In this document: piece by piece, positions 13,041 through 25,000 of the stretch
Layout: the number at the start of each line of letters is the position of its first letter
Numbering within the stretch: position 1 is the stretch's first letter
Assembly (NCBI RefSeq): GCF_009914755.1
Contig: NC_060936.1
Source: the human T2T-CHM13v2.0 reference genome, Homo sapiens
DNA length: 64,000 nucleotides
Reading direction: 5' to 3' (one strand)
The notes under the pieces: model-generated
What the model was told of the DNA's origin: nothing
What the model saw: the letters and a program-made list of their open reading frames with translations, nothing else
Database searches by the model: none
Position numbers and translations under genes: made by a program

Positions 13041-16000
13041 ACTTACAAAGACAGTGTCTCCAAACTCCTCCATCAAAAGAAAGGTTATACTCTGTGAATT
13101 GAACGCACACATCACAAAGTAGTTTCTGAGAATGATTCTGTCTAGTTTTTATACGAAGATATTTCCTTTTCTACATTTGGCCTAAAAGCGCTTGAAATCT
13201 CCACCTGCAAATATCACAAAAAGAGGGTTTCACATCTGCTCTGTCTAAAGGACAGTTCACCTCTGTGAGTTGAATAGAAGCAACACAAAGAACTTACTCA
13301 GTATTCTTCTTTCTAGCGTTCTATGAAGAAATCCCGTTTCCAACGAAGGCCCCAAAGAGGTCCAAATATCTGCTTGCAGACTTTACAGACAGAGTGTTTC
13401 CAAACTACTCTATGAAAAGAAAGCTTAAACTCCTTGAGTTGAACGCACACATCACAAAGTAGTTTCGGAGAATGATTCTGTCTAGTTTTTATACGAAGAT
13501 GTTTCCTTTTCTACATTTGGTCTCAAAGCGATTGAAATCTCCAACTGGAGACTGCACAAATAGGGTGTTTCAAATCTGCTCTGTCTAAAGGAAGGTTCAA
13601 CTCTGTGAGTTGAATACACACACCACAAATAAGTTACTGAGAATTCTTCTGTCGAACATTACATGAAGAAATCCCGTTTCCAACGAAGGCCTCAAAGACG
13701 TCCAAATATCCACTTGCAGACATTACAAAGAGAGTGTTTCCAAACTGCTCCATCAAAAGAAAGGTTAAACTCTGTGAGCTGAACACACACATCAAAAAGA
13801 AGTTTCTGTGAATGATTCTGTCTAGATTTTATAAGAAGATGTTTCCTTTTCTACCGTAGGCCTCAAAGCGCTTGAAATCTCCAGCTGCAAATTCCACAAA
13901 AAGGGTGTTTAACATCTGCTCTTCTAAAGGAAAGTTCAACTCTATGAGTTGAATACACACAGCACAAAGAAGTTACTGAGACTTCTTCTGTCTAACATTA
14001 TATGAAGAAATCCCGTTTCCAACGAAGGCCTCAAAGAGGTCCAAATATCTGCTTGCAGACTTTACAGACAGAGTGTTTCCAAACTGCTCCATCAAAAGAA
14101 AGGTTAAACTCCTTGAGTTGAACACACACATCACAAAGTAGTTTCTGTGAATGATTCTGTCTAGTTTTTATACGAAGATGTTTCCTTTTCTACCTTTGGT
14201 CTCAAAGCGATTGAAATCTCCACATGGAAACTCCACAAAAAGAGTGTTTCAAATCTGCTCTTTCTGAAGGAAGGTTCATCTCTGTGAGTTGAATACACAC
14301 ACCACAAATAAGTTACTGAGAATTCTTCTGTGTAACATTATATGAGGAAATCCCGTTTCCAACGAAGGCCTCAAAGAGATCCAAATATCCACTTGCAGAC
14401 ATTACAAAGACAGTGTCTCCAACTCCTCCATCAAAAGAAAGGTTATACTCTGTGAATTGAACGCACACATCACAAAGTAGTTTCTGAGAATGATTCTGTC
14501 TAGTTTTTATACGAAAATATTTCCTTTTCTACATTTGGCCTAAAAGCGCTTGAAATCTCCACCTGCAAATATCACAAAAAGAGGGTTTCACATCTGCTCT
14601 GTTTAAAGGACAGTTCACCTCTGTGAGTTGAATAGAGGCAACACAAAGAACTTACTCAGTATTCTTCTTTCTAGCGTTCTACGAAGAAATCCCGTTTCCA
14701 ACGAAGGCCCCAAAGAGGTCAAATATCTGCTTGCAGACTTTACAGACAGAGTGTTTCCAAACTACTCTATGAAAAGAAAGCTTAAACTCCTTGAGTTGAA
14801 CGCACACATCACAAAGTAGTTTCTGAGAATGATTCTGTCTAGTTTTTATACGAAGATGTTTCCTTTTCTACATTTGGTCTCAAAGCGATTGAAATCTCCA
14901 ACTGGAAACTGCACAAATAGGGTGTTTCAAATCTGCTCTGTCTAAAGGAAGGTTCAACTCTGTGAGTTGAATACACACACCACAAATAAGTTACTGAGAA
15001 TTCTTCTGTCGAACATTACATGAAGAAATCCCGTTTCCAACGAAGGCCTCAAAGACGTCCAAATATCCACTTGCAGACATTACAAACAGAGTGTTTCCAA
15101 ACTGCTCCATCAAAAGAAAGGTTAAACTCTGTGAGCTGAACACACACATCAAAAAGAAGTTTCTGTGAATGATTCTGTCTAGATTTTATAAGAAGATGTT
15201 TCCTTTTCTACCGTAGGCCTCAAAGCGCTTGAAATCTCCAGCTGCAAATTCCACAAAAAGGGTGTTTAACATCTGCTCTTCTAAAGGAAAGTTCAACTCT
15301 ATGAGTTGAATACACACAGCACAAAGAAGTTACTGAGACTTCTTCTGTCTAACATTATATGAAGAAATCCCGATTCCAACAAAGGCCTCAAAGAGGTCCA
15401 AATATCTGCCTGCAGACTTTACAGACAGAGTGTTTCCAAACTGCTCCATCAAAAGAAAGGTTAAACTCCTTGAGTTGAACACACACATCACAAAGTAGTT
15501 TCTGTGAATGATTCTGTCTAGTTTTTATACGAAGATGTTTCCTTTTCTACCTTTGGTCTCAATGCGATTGAAATCTCCACATGGAAACTCCACAAAAAGA
15601 GTGTTTCAAATCTGCTCTTTCTGAAGGAAGGTTCAACTCTGTGAGTTGAATACACACACCACAAATAAGTTACTGAGAATTCTTCTGTGTAACATTATAT
15701 GAGGAAATCCCGTTTCCAACGAAGGCCTCGAAGAGATCCAAATATCCACTTGCAGACTTTACAAAGACAGTGTCTCCAAACTCCTCCATCAAAAGAAAGG
15801 TTATACTCTGTGAATTGAACGCACACATCACAAAGTAGTTTCTGAGAATGATTCTGTCTAGTTTTTATACGAAGATATTTCCTTTTCTACATTTGGCCTA
15901 AAAGCGCTTGAAATCTCCACCTGCAAATATCACAAAAAGAGGGTTTCACATCTGCTCTGTCTAAAGGACAGTTCACCTCTGTGAGTTGAATAGAGGCAAC

Positions 16001-19000
16001 ACAAAGAACTTACTCAGTATTCTTCTTTCTAGCGTTCTATGAAGAAATCCCGTTTCCAACGAAGGCCCCAAAGAGGTCCAAATATCTGCTTGCAGACTTT
16101 ACAGACAGAGTGTTTCCAAACTACTCTATGAAAAGAAAGCTTAAACTCCTTGAGTTGAACGCACACATCACAAAGTAGTTTCTGAGAATGATTCTGTCTA
16201 GTTTTTATACGAAGATGTTTCCTTTTCTACATTTGGTCTCAAAGCGATTGAAATCTCCAACTGGAAACTCCACAAAAAGAGTGTTTCAAATCTGCTCTGT
16301 CTAAAGGAAGGTTCAACTCTGTGAGTTGAATACACACACCACAAATAAGTTACTGAGAATTCTTCTGTCGAACATTACTTGAAGAAATCCCGTTTCCAAC
16401 GAAGGCATCAAAGAGGTCCAAATATCCACTTGCAGACATTACAAACAGAGTGTTTCCAAACTGCTCCATCAAAAGAAAGGTTAAACTCTGTGAGCTGAAC
16501 ACACACATCAAAAAGAAGTTTCTGTGAATGATTCTGTCTAGATTTTATAAGAAGATGTTTCCTTTTCTACCGTAGGCCTCAAAGCGCTTGAAATCTCCAG
16601 CTGCAAATTCCATAAAAAGGGTGTTTAACATCTGCTCTTCTAAAGGAAAGTTCAACTCTATGAGTTGAATACACACAGCATAAAGAAGTTACTGAGACTT
16701 CTCCTATCAAACATTATATGAAGAAATCCCGTTTCCAACGAAGGCCTCAAAGAGGTCCAAATATCTGCTTGCAGACTTTACAGACAGAGTGTTTCCAAAC
16801 TGCTCCATCAAAAGAAAGGTTAACCTCCTGAGTTGAACACACACATCACAAAGTAGTTTCTGTGAATGATTCTGTCTAGTTTTTATACGAAGATGTTTCC
16901 TTTTCTACCTTTGGTCTCAAAGCGATTGAAATCTCCACATGGAAACTCCACAAAAAGAGTGTTTCAAATCTGCTCTTTCTGAAGGAAGGTTCATCTCTGT
17001 GAGTTGAATACACACACCACAAATAAGTTACTGAGAATTCTTCTGTGTAACATTATATGAGGAAATCCCGTTTCCAACGAAGGCCTCAAAGAGGTCCAAA
17101 TATCCACTTGCAGACTTTACAAAGACAGTGTCTCCAAACTCCTCCATCAAAAGAAAGGTTATACTCTGTGAATTGAACGCACACATCACAAAGTAGTTTC
17201 TGAGAATGATTCTGTCTAGTTTTTATACGAAGATATTTCCTTTTCTACATTTGGCCTAAAAGCGCTTGAAATCTCCACCTGCAAATATCACAAAAAGAGG
17301 GTTTCACATCTGCTCTGTCTAAAGGACAGTTCACCTCTGTGAGTTGAATAGAAGCAACACAAAGAACTTACTCAGTATTCTTCTTTCTAGCGTTCTATGA
17401 AGAAATCCCGTTTCCAACGAAGGCCCCAAAGAGGTCCAAATATCTGCTTGCAGACTTTACAGACAGAGTGTTTCCAAACTACTCTATGAAAAGAAAGCTT
17501 AAACTCCTTGAGTTGAACGCACACATCACAAAGTAGTTTCGGAGAATGATTCTGTCTAGTTTTTATACGAAGATGTTTCCTTTTCTACATTTGGTCTCAA
17601 AGCGATTGAAATCTCCAACTGGAAACTGCACAAATAGGGTGTTTCAAATCTGCTCTGTCTAAAGGAAGGTTCAACTCTGTGAGTTGAATACACACACCAC
17701 AAATAAGTTACTGAGAATTCTTCTGTCGAACATTACATGAAGAAATCCCGTTTCCAACGAAGGCATCAAAGACGTCCAAATATCCACTTGCAGACATTAC
17801 AAAGAGAGTGTTTCCAAACTGCTCCATCAAAAGAAAGGTTAAACTCTGTGAGCTGAACACACACATCAAAAAGAAGTTTCTGTGAATGATTCTGTCTAGA
17901 TTTTATAAGAAGATGTTTCCTTTTCTACCGTAGGCCTCAAAGCGCTTGAAATCTCCAGCTGCAAATTCCACAAAAAGGGTGTTTAACATCTGCTCTTCTA
18001 AAGGAAAGTTCAACTCTATGAGTTGAATACACACAGCACAAAGAAGTTACTGAGACTTCTTCTGTCTAACATTATATGAAGAAATCCCGTTTCCAACGAA
18101 GGCCTCAAAGAGGTCCAAATATCTGCTTGCAGACTTTACAGACAGAGTGTTTCCAAACTGCTCCATCAAAAGAAAGGTTAAACTCCTTGAGTTGAACACA
18201 CACATCACAAAGTAGTTTCTGTGAATGATTCTGTCTAGTTTTTATACGAAGATGTTTCCTTTTCTACCTTTGGTCTCAAAGCGATTGAAATCTCCACATG
18301 GAAACTCCACAAAAAGAGTGTTTCAAATCTGCTCTTTCTGAAGGAAGGTTCATCTCTGTGAGTTGAATACACACACCACAAATAAGTTACTGAGAATTCT
18401 TCTGTGTAACATTATATGAGGAAATCCCGTTTCCAACGAAGGCCTCAAAGAGATCCAAATATCCACTTGCAGACATTACAAAGACAGTGTCTCCAAACTC
18501 CTCCATCAAAAGAAAGGTTATACTCTGTGAATTGAACGCACACATCACAAAGTAGTTTCTGAGAATGATTCTGTCTAGTTTTTATACGAAGATATTTCCT
18601 TTTCTACATTTGGCCTAAAAGCGCTTGAAATCTCCACCTGCAAATATCACAAAAAGAGGGTTTCACATCTGCTCTGTTTAAAGGACAGTTCACCTCTGTG
18701 AGTTGAATAGAGGCAACACAAAGAACTTACTCAGTATTCTTCTTTCTAGCGTTCTACGAAGAAATCCCGTTTCCAACGAAGGCCCCAAAGAGGTCCAAAT
18801 ATCTGCTTGCAGACTTTACAGACAGAGTGTTTCCAAACTACTCTATGAAAAGAAAGCTTAAACTCCTTGAGTTGAACGCACACATCACAAAGTAGTTTCT
18901 GAGAATGATTCTGTCTAGTTTTTATACGAAGATGTTTCCTTTTCTACATTTGGTCTCAAAGCGATTCAAATCTCCAACTGGAAACTGCACAAATAGGGTG

Positions 19001-22000
19001 TTTCAAATCTGCTCTGTCTAAAGGAAGGTTCAACTCTGTGAGTTGAATACACACACCACAAATAAGTTACTGAGAATTCTTCTGTCGAACATTACATGAA
19101 GAAATCCCGTTTCCAACGAAGGCCTCAAAGACGTCCAAATATCCACTTGCAGACATTACAAACAGAGTGTTTCCAAACTGCTCCATCAAAAGAAAGGTTA
19201 AACTCTGTGAGCTGAACACACACATCAAAAAGAAGTTTCTGTGAATGATTCTGTCTAGATTTTATAAGAAGATGTTTCCTTTTCTAGCGTAGGCCTCAAA
19301 GCGCTTGAAATCTCCAGCTGCAAATTCCACAAAAAGGGTGTTTAACATCTGCTCTTCTAAAGGAAAGTTCAACTCTATGAGTTGAATACACACAGCACAA
19401 AGAAGTTACTGAGACTTCTTCTGTCTAACATTATATGAAGAAATCCCGATGCCAACGAAGGCCTCAAAGAGGTCCAAATATCTGCCTGCAGACTTTACAG
19501 ACAGAGTGTTTCCAAACTGCTCCATCAAAAGAAAGGTTAAACTCCTTGAGTTGAACACACACATCACAAAGTAGTTTCTGTGAATGATTCTGTCTAGTTT
19601 TTATACGAAGATGTTTCCTTTTCTACCTTTGGTCTCAAAGCGATTGAAATCTCCACATGGAAACTCCACAAAAAGAGTGTTTCAAATCTGCTCTTTCTGA
19701 AGGAAGGTTCATCTCTGTGAGTTGAATACACACACCACAAATAAGTTACTGAGAATTCTTCTGTGTAACATTATATGAGGAAATCCCGTTTCCAACGAAG
19801 GCCTCAAAGAGGTCCAAATATCCACTTGCAGACTTTACAAAGACAGTGTCTCCAAACTCCTCCATCAAAGAAAGGTTATACTCTGTGAATTGAACGCACA
19901 CATCACAAAGTAGTTTCTGAGAATCATTCTGTCTAGTTTTTATACGAAGATATTTCCTTTTCTACATTTGGCCTAAAAGCGCTTGAAATCTCCACCTGCA
20001 AATATCACAAAAAGAGGGTTTCACATCTGCTCTGTCTAAAGGACAGTTCACCTCTGTGAGTTGAATAGAGGCAACACAAAGAACTTACTCAGTATTCTTC
20101 TTTCTAGCGTTCTATGAAGAAATCCCGTTTCCAACGAAGGCCCCAAAGAGGTCCAAATATCTGCTTGCAGACTTTACAGACAGAGTGTTTCCAAACTACT
20201 CTATGAAAAGAAAGCTTAAACTCCTTGAGTTGAACGCACACATCACAAAGTAGTTTCTGAGAATGATTCTGTCTAGTTTTTATACGAAGATGTTTCCTTT
20301 TCTACATTTGGTCTCAAAGCGATTGAAATCTCCAACTGGAAACTGCACAAATAGGGTGTTTCAAATCTGCTCTGTCTAAAGGAAGGTTCAACTCTGTGAG
20401 TTGAATACACACACCACAAATAAGTTACTGAGAATTCTTCTGTCGAACATTACATGAAGAAATCCCGTTTCCAACGAAGGCCTCAAAGAGGTCCAAATAT
20501 CCACTTGCAGACATTACAAACAGAGTGTTTCCAAACTGCTCCATCAAAAGAAAGGTTAAACTCTGTGAGCTGAACACACACATCAAAAAGAAGTTTCTGT
20601 GAATGATTCTGTCTAGATTTTATAAGATGTTTCCTTTTCTACCGTAGGCCTCAAAGCGCCTGAAATCTCCAGCTGCAAATTCCACAAAAAGGGTGTTTAA
20701 CATCTGCTCTTCTAAAGGAAAGTTCAACTCTATGAGTTGAATACACACAGCACAAAGAAGTTACTGAGACTTCTTCTGTCTAACATTATATGAAGAAATC
20801 CCGATTCCAACGAAGGCCTCAAAGAGGTCCAAATATCTGCCTGCAGACTTTACAGACAGAGTGTTTCCAAACTGCTCCATCAAAAGAAAGGTTAAACTCC
20901 TTGAGTTGAACACACACATCACAAAGTAGTTTCTGTGAATGATTCTGTCTAGTTTTTATACGAAGATGTTTCCTTTTCTACCTTTGGTCTCAAAGCGATT
21001 GAAATCTCCACATGGAAACTCCACAAAAAGAGTGTTTCAAATCTGCTCTTTCTGAAGGAAGGTTCATCTCTGTGAGTTGAATACACACACCACAAATAAG
21101 TTACTGAGAATTCTTCTGTGTAACATTATATGAGGAAATCCCGTTTCCAACGAAGGCCTCAAAGAGGTCCAAATATCCACTTGCAGACTTTACAAAGACA
21201 GTGTCTCCAAACTCCTCCATCAAAAGAAAGGTTATACTCTGTGAATTGAACGCACACATCACAAAGTAGTTTCTGAGAATGATTCTGTCTAGTTTTTATA
21301 CGAAGATATTTCCTTTCCTACATTTGGCCTAAAAGCGCTTGAAATCTCCACCTGCAAATATCACAAAAAGAGGGTTTCACATCTGCTCTGTCTAATGGAC
21401 AGTTCACCTCTGTGAGTTGAATAGAGGCAACACAAAGAACTTACTCAGTATTCTTCTTTCTAGCGTTCTATGAAGAAATCCCGTTTCCAACGAAGGCCCC
21501 AAAGAGGTCCAAATATCTGCTTGCAGACTTTACAGACAGAGTGTTTCCAAACTACTCTATGAAAAGAAAGCTTAAACTCCTTGAGTTGAACGCACACATC
21601 ACAAAGTAGTTTCTGAGAATGATTCTGTCTAGTTTTTATACGAAGATGTTTCCTTTTCTACATTTGGTCTCAAAGCGATTGAAATCTCCAACTGGAAACT
21701 GCACAAATAGGGTGTTTCAAATCTGCTCTGTCTAAAGGAAGGTTCAACTCTGTGAGTTGAATACACACACCACAAATAAGTTACTGAGAATTCTTCTGTC
21801 GAACATTACATGAAGAAATCCCGTTTCCAACGAAGGCCTCAAAGACGTCCAAATATCCACTTGCAGACATTACAAAGAGAGTGTTTCCAAACTGCTCCAT
21901 CAAAAGAAAGGTTAAACTCTGTGAGCTGAACACACACATCAAAAAGAAGTTTCTGTGAATGATTCTGTCTAGATTTTATAAGAAGATGTTTCCTTTTCTA

Positions 22001-25000
22001 CCGTAGGCCTCAAAGCGCTTGAAATCTCCAGCTGCAAATTCCACAAAAAGGGTGTTTAACATCTGCTCTTCTAAAGGAAAGTTCAACTCTATGAGTTGAA
22101 TACACACAGCACAAAGAAGTTACTGAGACTTCTTCTGTCTAACATTATATGAAGAAATCCCGTTTCCAACGAAGGCCTCAAAGAGGTCCAAATATCTGCT
22201 TGCAGACTTTACAGACAGAGTGTTTCCAAACTGCTCCATCAAAAGAAAGGTTAAACTCCTTGAGTTGAACACACACATCACAAAGTAGTTTCTGTGAATG
22301 ATTCTGTCTAGTTTTTATACGAAGATGTTTCCTTTTCTACCTTTGGTCTCAAAGCGATTGAAATCTCCACATGGAAACTCCACAAAAAGAGTGTTTCAAA
22401 TCTGCTCTTTCTGAAGGAAGGTTCATCTCTGTGAGTTGAATACACACACCACAAATAAGTTACTGAGAATTCTTCTGTGTAACATTATATGAGGAAATCC
22501 CGTTTCCAACGAAGGCCTCAAAGAGATCCAAATATCCACTTGCAGACTTTACAAAGACAGTGTCTCCAAACTCCTCCATCAAAAGAAAGGTTATACTCTG
22601 TGAATTGAACGCACACATCACAAAGTAGTTTCTGAGAATGATTCTGTCTAGTTTTTATACGAAGATATTTCCTTTTCTACATTTGGCCTAAAAGCGCTTG
22701 AAATCTCCACCTGCAAATATCACAAAAAGAGGGTTTCACATCTGCTCTGTTTAAAGGACAGTTCACCTCTGTGAGTTGAATAGAGGCAACACAAAGAACT
22801 TACTCAGTATTCTTCTTTCTAGCGTTCTATGAAGAAATCCCGTTTCCAACGAAGGCCCCAAAGAGGTTCAAATATCTGCTTGCAGACTTTACAGACAGAG
22901 TGTTTCCAAACTACTCTATGAAAAGAAAGCTTAAACTCCTTGAGTTGAACGCACACATCACAAAGTAGTTTCTGAGAATGATTCTGTCTAGTTTTTATAC
23001 GAAGATGTTTCCTTTTCTACATTTGGTCTCAAAGCGATTCAAATCTCCAACTGGAAACTGCACAAATAGGGTGTTTCAAATCTGCTCTGTCTAAAGGAAG
23101 GTTCAACTCTGTGAGTTGAATACACACACCACAAATAAGTTACTGAGAATTCTTCTGTCGAACATTACATGAAGAAATCCCGTTTCCAACGAAGGCCTCA
23201 AAGACGTCCAAATATCCACTTGCAGACATTACAAACAGAGTGTTTCCAAACTGCTCCATCAAAAGAAAGGTTAAACTCTGTGAGCTGAACACACACATCA
23301 AAAAGAAGTTTCTGTGAATGATTCTGTCTAGATTTTATAAGAAGATGTTTCCTTTTCTACCGTAGGCCTCAAAGCGCTTGAAATCTCCAGCTGCAAATTC
23401 CACAAAAAGGGTGTTTAACATCTGCTCTTCTAAAGGAAAGTTCAACTCTATGAGTTGAATACACACAGCACAAAGAAGTTACTGAGACTTCTTCTGTCTA
23501 ACATTATATGAAGAAATCCCGATTCCAACGAAGGCCTCAAAGAGGTCCAAATATCTGCCTGCAGACTTTACAGACAGAGTGTTTCCAAACTGCTCCATCA
23601 AAAGAAAGGTTAAACTCCTTGAGTTGAACACACACATCACAAAGTAGTTTCTGTGAATGATTCTGTCTAGTTTTTATACGAAGATGTTTCCTTTTCTACC
23701 TTTGGTCTCAAAGCGATTGAAATCTCCACATGGAAACTCCACAAAAAGAGTGTTTCAAATCTGCTCTTTCTGAAGGAAGGTTCATCTCTGTGAGTTGAAT
23801 ACACACACCACAAATAAGTTACTGAGAATTCTTCTGTGTAACATTATATGAGGAAATCCCGTTTCCAACGAAGGCCTCAAAGAGATCCAAATATCCACTT
23901 GCAGACTTTACAAAGACAGTGTCTCCAAACTCCTCCATCAAAAGAAAGGTTATACTCTGTGAATTGAACGCACACATCACAAAGTAGTTTCTGAGAATGA
24001 TTCTGTCTAGTTTTTATACGAAGATATTTCCTTTTCTACATTTGGCCTAAAAGCGCTTGAAATCTCCACCTGCAAATATCACAAAAAGAGGGTTTCACAT
24101 CTGCTCTTTCTAAAGGACAGTTCACCTCTGTGAGTTGAATAGAGGCAACACAAAGAACTTACTCAGTATTCTTCTTTCTAGCGTTCTATGAAGAAATCCC
24201 GTTTCCAACGAAGGCCCCAAAGAGGTCCAAATATCTGCTTGCAGACTTTACAGACAGAGTGTTTCCAAACTACTCTATGAAAAGAAAGCTTAAACTCCCT
24301 GAGTTGAACGCACACATCACAAAGTAGTTTCTGAGAATGATTCTGTCTAGTTTTTATACGAAGATGTTTCCTTTTCTACATTTGGTCTCAAAGCGATTGA
24401 AATCTCCAACTGGAAACTGCACAAATAGGGTGTTTCAAATCTGCTCTGTCTAAAGGAAGGTTCAACTCTGTGAGTTGAATACACACACCACAAATAAGTT
24501 ACTGAGAATTCTTCTGTCGAACATTACTTGAAGAAATCCCGTTTCCAACGAAGGCCTCAAAGAGGTCCAAATATCCACTTGCAGACATTACAAACAGAGT
24601 GTTTCCAAACTGCTCCATCAAAAGAAAGGTTAAACTCTGTGAGCTGAACACACACATCAAAAAGAAGTTTCTGTGAATGATTCTGTCTAGATTTTATAAG
24701 AAGATGTTTCCTTTTCTACCGTAGGCCTCAAAGCGCTTGAAATCTCCAGCTGCAAATTCCACAAAAAGGGTGTTTAACATCTGCTCTTCTAAAGGAAAGT
24801 TCAACTCTATGAGTTGAATACACACAGCACAAAGAAGTTACTGAGACTTCTCCTATCAAACATTATATGAAGAAATCCCGTTTCCAACGAAGGCCTCAAA
24901 GAGGTCCAAATATCTGCTTGCAGACTTTACAGACAGAGTGTTTCCAAACTGCTCCATCAAAAGAAAGGTTAACCTCCTTGAGTTGAACACACACATCACA

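Noticed and set aside
12918-13115. 65-aa minus-strand ORF
   Set aside because: It lies entirely in alpha satellite and is open only because of a private 1-bp deletion at ~13043. It has no recognisable protein features and is not listed in any other HOR copy.
14628-14819. 63-aa plus-strand ORF (TTG start)
   Set aside because: It is satellite sequence. A TGA>CGA change at 14682 plus a 1-bp deletion at ~14720 remove stops by chance. There is no evidence of coding function.
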